Origin: Candidatus Jordarchaeales archaeon
Lineage (GTDB): Archaea > Asgardarchaeota > Jordiarchaeia > Jordiarchaeales > Freyrarchaeaceae
Reading direction: 5' to 3'
NCBI GenBank assembly: GCA_038889235.1
Contig: JAWAHN010000003.1
Location: 22,437-53,605, forward strand
DNA length: 31,169 nt
The position numbers were made by a program, and so were the translations under genes. The notes under the pieces were generated by a model, which made no database searches, was not told the origin of the DNA, and saw only the letters and a program-made list of their open reading frames with translations. Numbering within the stretch: position 1 is the stretch's first letter; each line of letters starts with the position of its first letter. Positions 17,386 through 25,334 of this stretch are shown here, piece by piece.

Positions 17386-17597
17386 CCGAGAACGGTGGAC
17401 CCCCTTAAAAGAAGCACCTCCAGCTCAATGGATGAAACACACCTTGAAACTCCACCTCAACCCCCCGTGCTTCCATAGGTTCATCGAAAGCTGCAAATAC
17501 GCTTGAAGCGCAACTCTTTCTGAGGGGTTATAGTGGCAGGCTGCCCGGCCCTCCGCCTGCTTGTTTAAAGAGGGCTCCGCGGGCCATGTGAGGAAAA

Positions 17598-17607
17598 GTT
17601 TATAAAA
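17598..17607 (+). promoter_or_regulatory. BRE/TATA box of the cbiM/nikM promoter
   Basis: GAAAAG followed by TTTATAAAA, ~55 nt upstream of GTG 17659. Confidence 0.65.
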
Positions 17608-17610
17608 CAT

Positions 17611-17644
17611 TTGGTATTACTTTAAGACAAAAAAGTAATACCAA
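17611..17644. promoter_or_regulatory. Perfect inverted repeat TTGGTATTACTTT-N8-AAAGTAATACCAA (NikR-box-like operator)
   Basis: 13-bp perfectly complementary arms, read directly. The core GTATTA-N16-TAATAC has the geometry of the E. coli NikR operator GTATGA-N16-TCATAC. It covers the expected transcription start. Confidence 0.7.
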
Positions 17645-17658
17645 GGTAGGGTGGTAGA

Positions 17659-18402
17659 GTGCACATACCCGATGGGTTCCTCGACCTGGGAGTAACTATG
17701 GTGTGCGCGGCGATCTCGGCGGCTTTCATCGTGATAGGGGTTATTCAGGCAAAGCGATACATGGACGAAAGACACGTCCCCTTAATGGCTGTATTGACGG
17801 CCGGAGTCTTCGCAGCCCAGCTGCTCAACTTCCCGATAATAGGCGGGACAAGCGGGCACCTGGTTGGAGGAACACTGCTAGCGGTCTTTCTAGGACCCCT
17901 CGGCGCTCTCCTTTCCATGACCGTCATCCTAGCAGTCCAAGCTCTCTTCTTCGGTGACGGTGGCATCACAGCCCTAGGGGCTAACATACTGAACATGGGC
18001 GTCATAGGAGGCATCATAGGCTACTACGTTTACATCTTAGTTAGAAGGCTGGTGGGCAAAGGTGGATGGGGTGTAAGGATCGGAGCAGCTGTAGGCTCAT
18101 ACATCTCGGTAGTCCTAGGAGCCATAGCCTGCGGGGTTGAACTAGGTGTCTCGTCGCTCTTCCCCTTCCCCACCTGGATCACGGTTCCAGTGATGACGGG
18201 GTGGCACATGGTGATAGGGATTGGAGAAGCGCTGATAACCTTAGTTGTCATCGAGTACGTCCTTAGGGCTAGGCCGGACATGCTAGCCCTCCCTAAGGTA
18301 GGCTTCCGCGGCCTGCTAAAAGGCGTTAAAAGTGAGGAGCTGGAGGCGATGGAGAAAAAGGAGCTTGAAACCGTGACCGGAAAAGTGGCTGGAGGGGGTT
18401 AA
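17659..18402 (+). CDS. cbiM: ECF-type Ni/Co transporter substrate component CbiM/NikM
   Basis: 247-aa ORF starting with the invariant MHIPDGFL (Met1-His2 metal-binding N-terminus), with 6-7 TM segments. The GTG start is preceded by GGGTGG. Confidence 0.94.
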   Translation: MHIPDGFLDLGVTMVCAAISAAFIVIGVIQAKRYMDERHVPLMAVLTAGVFAAQLLNFPIIGGTSGHLVGGTLLAVFLGPLGALLSMTVILAVQALFFGDGGITALGANILNMGVIGGIIGYYVYILVRRLVGKGGWGVRIGAAVGSYISVVLGAIACGVELGVSSLFPFPTWITVPVMTGWHMVIGIGEALITLVVIEYVLRARPDMLALPKVGFRGLLKGVKSEELEAMEKKELETVTGKVAGGG

Positions 18403-18403
18403 T

Positions 18404-18919
18404 GTGGCGTCGATAGTTGAAGCGATAAAGGCTACCTGGCGCCAGAGGTGGTTTAGGCTCAGCGTCCTAGCAGGGGTAATAGTGATAGGATTCTTCCTAC
18501 CGCTTGCATCAACAGCTCCCGACGGCCTGGAGCGAACCGTAGAGAGTTTGGTCCAACCGCTAGACATCACGTTGATGCTTATTTACTACGGCGAGGTGAC
18601 AGGGGAGACGGGGCCCCTGAGTGCTTGGCTAACCTTCCTGGGAATCAACTACCTGTTGCGGGCGCCGATGCCAGACTACGTGTTGCTTCAGCTAGCTCCG
18701 GGGGTTTATGTGAGCTACGTGCTTGAGATGATGAGTGCGCTCCAAGTGCTGGGACTAGCATCCTTCGAAATTCCAGAAGACGTCGTAGCGCTGCTGCTTA
18801 GCTCGGCTGGCGGACACGAGTATCTGGCATCTCTCACAGCGTCGCTAATAGGTTTCTTCGTGGTTCTCGGAGTAACCTGGCTGGTTGGCTTCGCCCTCAA
18901 GAAGAGGAAGGCGGCTTAA
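18404..18919 (+). CDS. PDGLE-domain membrane protein (CbiN/NikN-position accessory component)
   Basis: It starts 1 nt after the cbiM stop. The layout is an N-terminal TM, then the literal PDGLE motif (STAPDGLERT), a later APMPDY, and a C-terminal TM plus basic tail. At 171 aa it is longer than the ~100 aa I recall for this domain. Confidence 0.8.
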   Translation: MASIVEAIKATWRQRWFRLSVLAGVIVIGFFLPLASTAPDGLERTVESLVQPLDITLMLIYYGEVTGETGPLSAWLTFLGINYLLRAPMPDYVLLQLAPGVYVSYVLEMMSALQVLGLASFEIPEDVVALLLSSAGGHEYLASLTASLIGFFVVLGVTWLVGFALKKRKAA

Positions 18920-18945
18920 GCTCCGCCGGGACGCCATGGGCGTTT

Positions 18946-19021
18946 GAGGGGGCTGCCGGGGGGTTTACACAGTCCACCGCCCCCCACGTAACCCTCCCCC
19001 TCCCGGCACCCCCCTTTTTTT
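18946..19021 (+). terminator. G/C-run hairpin followed by T7 (intrinsic-terminator-like element)
   Basis: GGGGG(c)TGCCGGGGGG (18948-18963) can pair with CCCTCCCGGCACCCCC (18998-19014). The core is TGCCGGG/CCCGGCA plus G-run/C-run flanks. TTTTTTT (19015-19021) follows immediately. Oligo-T is the archaeal termination signal. Confidence 0.55.
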
Positions 19022-19053
19022 GGTATTATTTCGAACAAAAAGAATATTAACTC
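19020..19053. promoter_or_regulatory. Degenerate third copy of the operator-like repeat
   Basis: The left half TTGGTATTAT matches the 17611 site at 9/10 positions, and the A-rich centre (GAACAAAAAG) is similar. The right half GAATATTAA matches only loosely, needing a 1-nt gap. It lies 40 nt upstream of the cbiQ start. Confidence 0.4.
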
Positions 19054-19092
19054 TGGACTTCATGTTTCCTTCAAAACTCGGAGGAAGCAGCG

Positions 19093-20016
19093 GTGCGTGG
19101 AGCCGGTTTCAAGGAGTTTTTCGAGCTGTTCGAGCGTCTTCTCGACGCTGAAAGGTTTAACAGTATAAATTCACCTGTCCACAGGCTTGACCCCCGTGTC
19201 AAGATACTTGCTTCCACAGCCATCATACTGTCCGCCATAGCCGTGGACGGCTTCTTCTACCTGATACCGTTAGCGTTCGCAGTCCTGTTTTTGCTGTCCA
19301 TCTCTAGGCTGCCTAGGGCTGTGTTTCTCTCCCGCTCACTTCCCTTCACTCTTCTCAGCGCACTGGTCGTTCTACCGGCCCCATTTGTGACCCCCGGGGT
19401 TCCCGCTGCAACAATTCACCTCCCCCTGGTCACCGTCACCCCGACATTTGAGGGGGTTTACAGGGCTGTAACCTTCGTTTTTAGAGTTTGGATCTGCATA
19501 TCTTCGGCGCTGCTCCTAACTTTCACGACGAGATTCCCAGATATCGCCGCAGGGTTAAGGGGGATGGGGTTTCCATCCCTCCTTTCATTAATCCTGCTCC
19601 TAACATACAGGTACTCCTTCCTCTTCGCCGACGAGGCTTTGAAGATGCTTCAAGCAAAGGAGTCTAGGACGCTTAAAAAGGAGGGCTTCTTCGAGAGGGT
19701 TAGGTTAGTTGGAAAAATGACCGGCTGCCTTCTCTTGAGAGCCTACGAGAAGGGTGAAGAAGTTTACTACGCCATGAGCTTGAGAGGCTTCCATGGAGAG
19801 CTGGCTCCAACGGTCTCCAAGCTCAAGCTGAGGGCGTGTGACGTGGCGTTCGCCGTGGCGTTCACCGCGTTTTGCCTCACCGTTGCCCTGCTTGGGTGGG
19901 GTGGTCCATCTTTTGTGGCGTTCTGGCTTCCACTCGCCAAGATAATCGTGGTCAAAGCTTTGCTAAGGTGGGTCGTGTTAATAATACCTTTGTCGGGGGG
20001 CTTCGCTGTTGCGTAG
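19093..20016 (+). CDS. cbiQ: ECF transporter T component CbiQ/NikQ
   Basis: 307-aa ORF with HRLDPRVKIL near the N-terminus and Arg motifs QAKESRT and AMSLRGF. It is polytopic. The GTG start lies 8 nt after GGAGG. Confidence 0.87.
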   Translation: MRGAGFKEFFELFERLLDAERFNSINSPVHRLDPRVKILASTAIILSAIAVDGFFYLIPLAFAVLFLLSISRLPRAVFLSRSLPFTLLSALVVLPAPFVTPGVPAATIHLPLVTVTPTFEGVYRAVTFVFRVWICISSALLLTFTTRFPDIAAGLRGMGFPSLLSLILLLTYRYSFLFADEALKMLQAKESRTLKKEGFFERVRLVGKMTGCLLLRAYEKGEEVYYAMSLRGFHGELAPTVSKLKLRACDVAFAVAFTAFCLTVALLGWGGPSFVAFWLPLAKIIVVKALLRWVVLIIPLSGGFAVA

Positions 20017-20878
20017 TGTGGTTCTCGAAGCTGACGACGTCTGGTTCACCTACCCTGACGGCACACAGGCGTTGAAAGGAGTAAGCTTCAGGGTGTTTAG
20101 TGGGGAAACCGTGGTCCTGCTCGGGCCTAGTGGGGCTGGTAAGTCAACTCTGCTCCTCCACTTCGCGGGCATACTGTTTCCCACGTCTGGCAGCGTCTAC
20201 GTTTGCGGCGAAAGGGTTTCGAGAAGGAACGTCAGAGAGGTGAGGAGACGCGTGGGCTTCGTCTTCCAGAACCCTGAAAGCCAGCTCTTCTGCCCGACCC
20301 TCTGGGAGGATGTGGCCTTTGGCCCAATTAACATGGGACTTCCGCCGGACGAGGTTGAGAGAAGGGTTAGGATGGCGCTGGAAGCCGTCGGCCTCCTAGA
20401 CTACGCCCGTAAGCACCCTCACCACCTGAGTTTCGGGGAGAAGAGGAGAGCTGCCCTCGCCACAGTTCTATCCATGGACCCCGAGATATATCTCTTCGAC
20501 GAGCCGACAGCAAACCTTGACCCAAAAAACGCCTCGTATGTCGTCGGCAAGATAGTGCAGCTTTCAGAGGAGGGGAAAACCGTTCTAGTAGCAACACACG
20601 ACATCAACATGCTTCCACAAGTGGCTTCGAGAGTCGTCGTTATGAGCGGCGGCAGAGTTGTCTCAGACGGGAAGCCGGAGGAGGTCCTTTCAGACTTCAA
20701 GCTCATCGAGGAAGCCGGGTTACAGCCGCCAGTGGTCACAAGCCTCCTCCATGGCATTCACGAAGAAGGAATACTGAACGTAGATACGCCGTACCCGATC
20801 TCCCTGGAGGCTGCGAAGTGGAAGATAAGGGAGAGCGTGAAGAAACTGCTGGAGGGTGCACGAAGCCCTGCAAAGTAA
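20009..20878 (+). CDS. cbiO: ECF transporter ATPase CbiO/NikO
   Basis: Motifs: Walker A GPSGAGKST, Q-loop VFQNP, signature LSFGEKRR, Walker B IYLFDEPT, H-loop ATHD. The start is either TTG 20009 (overlapping the cbiQ stop) or GTG 20018. Confidence 0.93.
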   Translation: MRSVVLEADDVWFTYPDGTQALKGVSFRVFSGETVVLLGPSGAGKSTLLLHFAGILFPTSGSVYVCGERVSRRNVREVRRRVGFVFQNPESQLFCPTLWEDVAFGPINMGLPPDEVERRVRMALEAVGLLDYARKHPHHLSFGEKRRAALATVLSMDPEIYLFDEPTANLDPKNASYVVGKIVQLSEEGKTVLVATHDINMLPQVASRVVVMSGGRVVSDGKPEEVLSDFKLIEEAGLQPPVVTSLLHGIHEEGILNVDTPYPISLEAAKWKIRESVKKLLEGARSPAK

Positions 20879-21077
20879 ACTCGAGCTCCCTACGAGGAAG
20901 ACGTGTCGGCGAAGAGGTCTCCTGCCTTACCGGTCTCTACGAGCGCCGGTTGGTGGAGAACGCCACCCCCTGTGATGGCTTTTTTGAGCCCTCCACGGCG
21001 CCATTTAACCCCTTGCCGTCCTGCAGGATGCATGATGAGCTACTACACCTCCGTGGCGCTGTCCTCCATGTTTTAGT

Positions 21078-22034
21078 CTACAATAATCTTTTGGGGGTCA
21101 GTTTTTGACTTTCCAAGAAGCTTTTCACCTGGCTTAGCGTGGGGAGCCCATCTACTGCCCCGTGCGCCGTGCACTTCAAAGCCGCTGTTGCACTCGCTAT
21201 CATAATCGTCTCGCTTAGGGGGAGATGTTTGACGAGCCCGTATATCACGCCAGCGTTCCAAGCGTCCCCGGCTCCGACGGTATCTACTACTCTCACGGGA
21301 TATGCCTCCATAAACCAGAGAGATGACCGGTCGCCTAGCACCGAGCCCCGTTCGCCCATCTTCACACCGACAACCCTCGCCCCCATCCTCCTACACTCCT
21401 CAACTATTTCCTCGGGCTCTGTTTCGCCGAGGAGGAAGCGGTACTCCCCAACCGTAGCTAGAATCACGTCCGACCTTTTTGCCGCTTCAAGTGTAACCTC
21501 CCTTGCCTCCTCCTCGCTCTCCCAGGAGTCTGGCCTGTAGGTTGGGTCGAAGGAGACTATGACCCCCCTTTTTCTGAGCTCTTCAACCATCTTCAAAGCA
21601 TTCACCCTCAAGGGTTCATGTGACAGGGGGAGCCCTGTGAAGTGGAAGACCGCCGCCTTGAACGCTACGGCTAGGTCTTCCTCGCCCAGCTCGAGCTCGG
21701 TGTCTGCTGAAACCACCCACGGCCTTCTGTAAAAGAAGAAAACGTTTTCCCCTTTTAGGCGCGATACGAAGGCTAGCGTCGTCCTATGGCTTGTAACCCT
21801 CACCCTCTCGACGTTCACACGGTTAGCTTTTAGGGTGTCTAGCAAGAACTCGCCGAAAGGGTCACACCCGACTGCCGCTATGGCCGCCACGTTAAGGCCT
21901 AGACGGGAGCATGCTATAGCGGTATTCATTGGAGCGCCGCCAAAGCAGACCTTAAACAACCTATCCCCGACTGGGACAAAGTCGGCGATAATTTCCCCGA
22001 AACAGACGACGTCCAAGCGCCATACCCCCAACAA
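21078..22034 (-). CDS. PfkB-family carbohydrate kinase (fructokinase/KDG-kinase-like)
   Basis: Motifs: N-terminal VVCFGEIIADF, GGAPMN, and C-terminal PfkB signature DTVGAGDAWNAG. The in-frame TTG at 22016 would give the more usual MDVVCFGE N-terminus. Confidence 0.88.
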   Translation of the reverse strand: MLGVWRLDVVCFGEIIADFVPVGDRLFKVCFGGAPMNTAIACSRLGLNVAAIAAVGCDPFGEFLLDTLKANRVNVERVRVTSHRTTLAFVSRLKGENVFFFYRRPWVVSADTELELGEEDLAVAFKAAVFHFTGLPLSHEPLRVNALKMVEELRKRGVIVSFDPTYRPDSWESEEEAREVTLEAAKRSDVILATVGEYRFLLGETEPEEIVEECRRMGARVVGVKMGERGSVLGDRSSLWFMEAYPVRVVDTVGAGDAWNAGVIYGLVKHLPLSETIMIASATAALKCTAHGAVDGLPTLSQVKSFLESQKLTPKRLL

Positions 22035-22180
22035 GACGAAAGATTAGGGAAGACTCCTTAAATTTCTGCACGCAAGCTCCCATTCTCCTCGGAGAACTAG
22101 GATCCCTGGAAAACAGATATATAAAGGATGATTCTAGTGGTGAGTTAAGCTCTCCCCGGGGTGACAAAGATTGGTGGGGG

Positions 22181-23401
22181 ATGACTCTTTTGGGGTCAGA
22201 GCTTCTCTCGAGAGCCACGTTCAAGCGCCTACTCTTACAGGCGCTCTCCTCCCAGACATTCAACTTGTCCGGGGTTACTGCTGGAGTAATAGTGGCGACC
22301 CTGTCCGCTTACACCCAGATGAACCCCTGGATCCTCGTTCTACTCCCCCCCTTACTAACGATAAGAGGGAATATTGGTGGCATCCTATGTGGGAGGCTTA
22401 GCACCTCTCTATATACTGGTCTCATAAAACCGGTGTTTTGGAAAAACACACGCTACTACTACGCGACCATCGCAAGCACTTTTGTCATGAGCTTCTTATT
22501 CTCCATCGTGATAGGCGTTTTTTCATTCTTTATAGTGAATGCGATGTATGGGGGTAACCTCAGTTTAACGGACACTCTCTCCCTAGCAGTGCTCGTCATG
22601 ATGACCTGCTCCACAATGGCGCAGCTCTTCACGCCGATAATAGCGATCTCCTCCTACAGGAGGGGGCTTAACCCCGACATGATACTCTACCCCATCACGT
22701 CCACGGCTAACGACATAGCGATAAGCGCTACATACACGCTTCTCGTGCTCGTCAAACTTTTCTGGAGCGGGGTCTTCGCCGCCCTCTCCTTAATACTGCT
22801 GCCATCCTTCATCGCGGCTGCAGCCATATTAACGTTGAAGTACTGGAGGGAGGAAGGGTTCAGGGAGACGTTCAAAGAGGGCTTCCCGACAGCCCTTCTC
22901 CTCACCTTCATCAGCCAGATAACGGGCAGCTTCTTATCCCAGCTGGAAGACCAGATAGCGGTGTACCCTCAAATCCTAGCAGTCTACCCCATACTGATAG
23001 ACGGCGTCGGAGACGTGGGTGTGATCATTTCGTCGGCGACAACAGCTAGACTAGCCCTCGGTTACATAGAGCCGCGAATGCGCAGCATTAAAGGTGAGGA
23101 GGGAAGAAAAGTCGTGTTCAGCTCCCTAATAGCAGGTCTCACACTGATATTGAGCGTCACTTTCTTAGCGTCGTCAGTTTACACGCCGTCGCTTACTCAG
23201 ATCGTGCACTCCTTCTTGATAGTCGCGTGTGCCGTGCTCCTAGTAACGGTGCCCATAACCGTCGTCTCGTTCGGTATTACAATTCTGACGTTCAAGAGAG
23301 GTATAAACCCTGACAACGTGACAATCCCAATTATAACATCATTTGCAGACTTCTTCATCACGGCTTCACTCTTCACCGCATCCCAGCTCGTCGTATTCTA
23401 G
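22181..23401 (+). CDS. Divalent-cation permease with two tandem MgtE-like membrane domains (COG1824 type)
   Basis: 406-aa ORF. Two internal repeats each carry P-x-L-x3-G-N/D-x-G (PPLLTIRGNIGG; YPILIDGVGDVG) and a later PD..xxPIxxxxxD motif (PDMILYPITSTANDIA; PDNVTIPIITSFADFF). ATG follows GGTGGGGG, and a TATA-like GATATATAAAGG lies at 22116-22127. Confidence 0.83.
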   Translation: MTLLGSELLSRATFKRLLLQALSSQTFNLSGVTAGVIVATLSAYTQMNPWILVLLPPLLTIRGNIGGILCGRLSTSLYTGLIKPVFWKNTRYYYATIASTFVMSFLFSIVIGVFSFFIVNAMYGGNLSLTDTLSLAVLVMMTCSTMAQLFTPIIAISSYRRGLNPDMILYPITSTANDIAISATYTLLVLVKLFWSGVFAALSLILLPSFIAAAAILTLKYWREEGFRETFKEGFPTALLLTFISQITGSFLSQLEDQIAVYPQILAVYPILIDGVGDVGVIISSATTARLALGYIEPRMRSIKGEEGRKVVFSSLIAGLTLILSVTFLASSVYTPSLTQIVHSFLIVACAVLLVTVPITVVSFGITILTFKRGINPDNVTIPIITSFADFFITASLFTASQLVVF

Positions 23402-23580
23402 AAGTGAAAAGAGCTCTCAAACCCTTTCGAGACCTTAAACGTCTGAACTTCAACACTCACATCTCAGCTCTAGGAGACTCTGCCAGCAGGCAGCCGCCCC
23501 AGCAAGGGCCCCTCTTAAAGCGGAAGCCTTTTCTGAGACGCCACACATTCTTAATTTAAACTGTCTCGGGGTGCACAGGC

Positions 23581-24090
23581 TTGCCGAGAAGAGGAGCCAG
23601 ATGGGAGCTCGTTGGGATGCTTTTCGCAATACTGATGATGCTGGGCCTCTTGGTGCCTACGGTTACAATACAGACGACGCTTTTCGGCACCGTGGTTGAC
23701 ATGGATGCGTGGTTTGGCTCGTTAAACAGCATAGTGTGTTTAATCGGGGGAATAATATGCATAATAGGAGTCTTCCTTACGTTCGCAACGAAAGGCTACG
23801 CGATAAATGAGGGACTAGCGATTTTCGGGGGCAGCGTAGCATTAACGTCATCGTTCCTCTACTTAGCAGGTAGAGTAGGCGCATCGATAAACTACATGCT
23901 TCTCAAAGTCCCCTTCGCATACTATCTCTACATCTACCAAGGAGAGTGGCACTACGTCCTCCTGTACCGTGACATCCCAATATACTTGGCAACGCTCCAA
24001 ATCCCCCTAGGACCAATAGTTACGTGCGTTTCCGCATTCATAGTCATTGTACTATTTCTAGCACTACTAGGTGGATACTGGAGGAGATGA
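23581..24090 (+). CDS. Hypothetical integral membrane protein
   Basis: 169-aa ORF with about 5 hydrophobic segments. A TATA-like TTCTTAATTTAAAC lies at 23548-23561. The start is ambiguous (TTG 23581 or ATG 23617). Confidence 0.62.
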   Translation: MPRRGARWELVGMLFAILMMLGLLVPTVTIQTTLFGTVVDMDAWFGSLNSIVCLIGGIICIIGVFLTFATKGYAINEGLAIFGGSVALTSSFLYLAGRVGASINYMLLKVPFAYYLYIYQGEWHYVLLYRDIPIYLATLQIPLGPIVTCVSAFIVIVLFLALLGGYWRR

Positions 24091-24837
24091 AACAAAGGAT
24101 GTCTTTCTCCCTCTCAGCCCGGTAAACTCGGCAAACCCGTCTTTGAAATGATGGAGCACCAAGACCATACGCAAAACACCCGTTTTTTCTTTCCATTCAC
24201 TTTTAAAGGGCGAAGGAACGTAGAAAGATGAAGTAGCTGCACGGGTGTCGCGAAGAAATCGCAGCACATCACCTGGGATATCACCGATTTCTACTGGAAT
24301 TAGTAGCTTCCTCTGCTCTAGAAGCTAGTCGGTCATGAAACTTTTAAAGAAAAGGCTAAGAAAAATTGGCAGCTAAAATCAAAAGGCTGAATAAGCCAAG
24401 TCTTTTAAAAATCCCGCCTGCAGAACAGACACTCTTAGGAGATCGCTGGCCGAATTCATGCCGAGAAGATGCCCGGTCAACCCTCGTTTCGAAGGAGTCG
24501 AAAACGTGCTCCAGTTAGATTGACACCTACGGAACGGTGTATGAAACCGTAAGCGCCGCTCCCTTACTTTTTGAGGGACATGGTAGTTCTAGATGGCCGA
24601 CTTAAAGAGCCCTGAAGGTCAAAAAAAGTTGGCTGAATAGGTGAATCTTATCCTGACAACGGGGGGAACAAAAAATAGTTAGTTTCAAGGATTAATGGTG
24701 TGAAAAGCGTCTCATACAACGCTGAAGGAATACGTTGACAAGGAGGGTAAAGAAACCCTTCGGAGAAGAAATGTAAAAGTGTGAGGAAAGTTAAGAAAGT
24801 GTTTTGCTGGTTGTAAATCCTACCCGAGGTGTGATAA

Positions 24838-25302
24838 GTGAAGGCGAGAAACGTGCTCGCACTTGCGCTCATCTTCTCGCTATTCCTGTCAACTCTAGCG
24901 GTCTTATTCGCTCCGAAAACAATCTGGCTTACCATACCATACCGCGATGTTGAAACACGCGACCTCACCTTTACAGTAGAAGCAGGAAAGTATTATGACG
25001 TCAACTTCTACCTGCCCTCAGGATACTCTGTAAACTTTTCATTCAACCTTTCGGGACCAACTTTCATGAGAGTATACCTGATGGACTCGGAGAATTTTAA
25101 AAGATATGAGGAAGGAAAAGAAGACTATACCTCGATTCTCACCATAGACGCTATTCCAGGTGAAGTATATCAAGGGAATTACACTGCTGCGAGAAGCGAC
25201 AGGTACCACCTTGTTTTCGAGAATTCTATTTCTAATGCTAGTGTGAGCTTGGTGATTGACTTGGAGGTGCAGAGATTTCTGTTTGTGCCTTACAGAACTT
25301 AG
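24838..25302 (+). CDS. Hypothetical secreted or membrane-anchored beta-rich protein
   Basis: 154-aa ORF. The GTG start lies 5 nt after GAGGTGTGAT, a near-perfect anti-16S match. It has an N-terminal signal/anchor helix (ALALIFSLFLSTLAVLFA) followed by a region of alternating beta-strand-like pattern. Confidence 0.7.
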   Translation: MKARNVLALALIFSLFLSTLAVLFAPKTIWLTIPYRDVETRDLTFTVEAGKYYDVNFYLPSGYSVNFSFNLSGPTFMRVYLMDSENFKRYEEGKEDYTSILTIDAIPGEVYQGNYTAARSDRYHLVFENSISNASVSLVIDLEVQRFLFVPYRT

Positions 25303-25334
25303 CTTACATATTTTCCTAGTTGGGAGGGTTTGGT

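Noticed and set aside
18928-19014. G-quadruplex / i-motif as the primary explanation of the G-run and C-run tract
   Set aside because: The runs formally satisfy G3+N1-7 patterns on both strands. However, the G-run and C-run halves are mutually complementary and are followed by T7, so a hairpin terminator is the simpler reading. G4 is kept only as an alternative inside the finding.
21041-21100. ATGATGA (C-box-like) in the convergent gap between cbiO and the PfkB gene; also GATGATGA at ~26029
   Set aside because: There is no CTGA D box, no C'/D' pair at appropriate spacing and no terminal stem. The second hit is inside the MNT pseudogene. I saw no convincing C/D-box sRNA anywhere.
24067-24267. 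66-aa minus-strand ORF convergent with the membrane-protein gene
   Set aside because: It has no SD or TATA context and no recognisable family. It overlaps the neighbouring gene end and lies in a stop-dense tract. The support is insufficient to annotate it.
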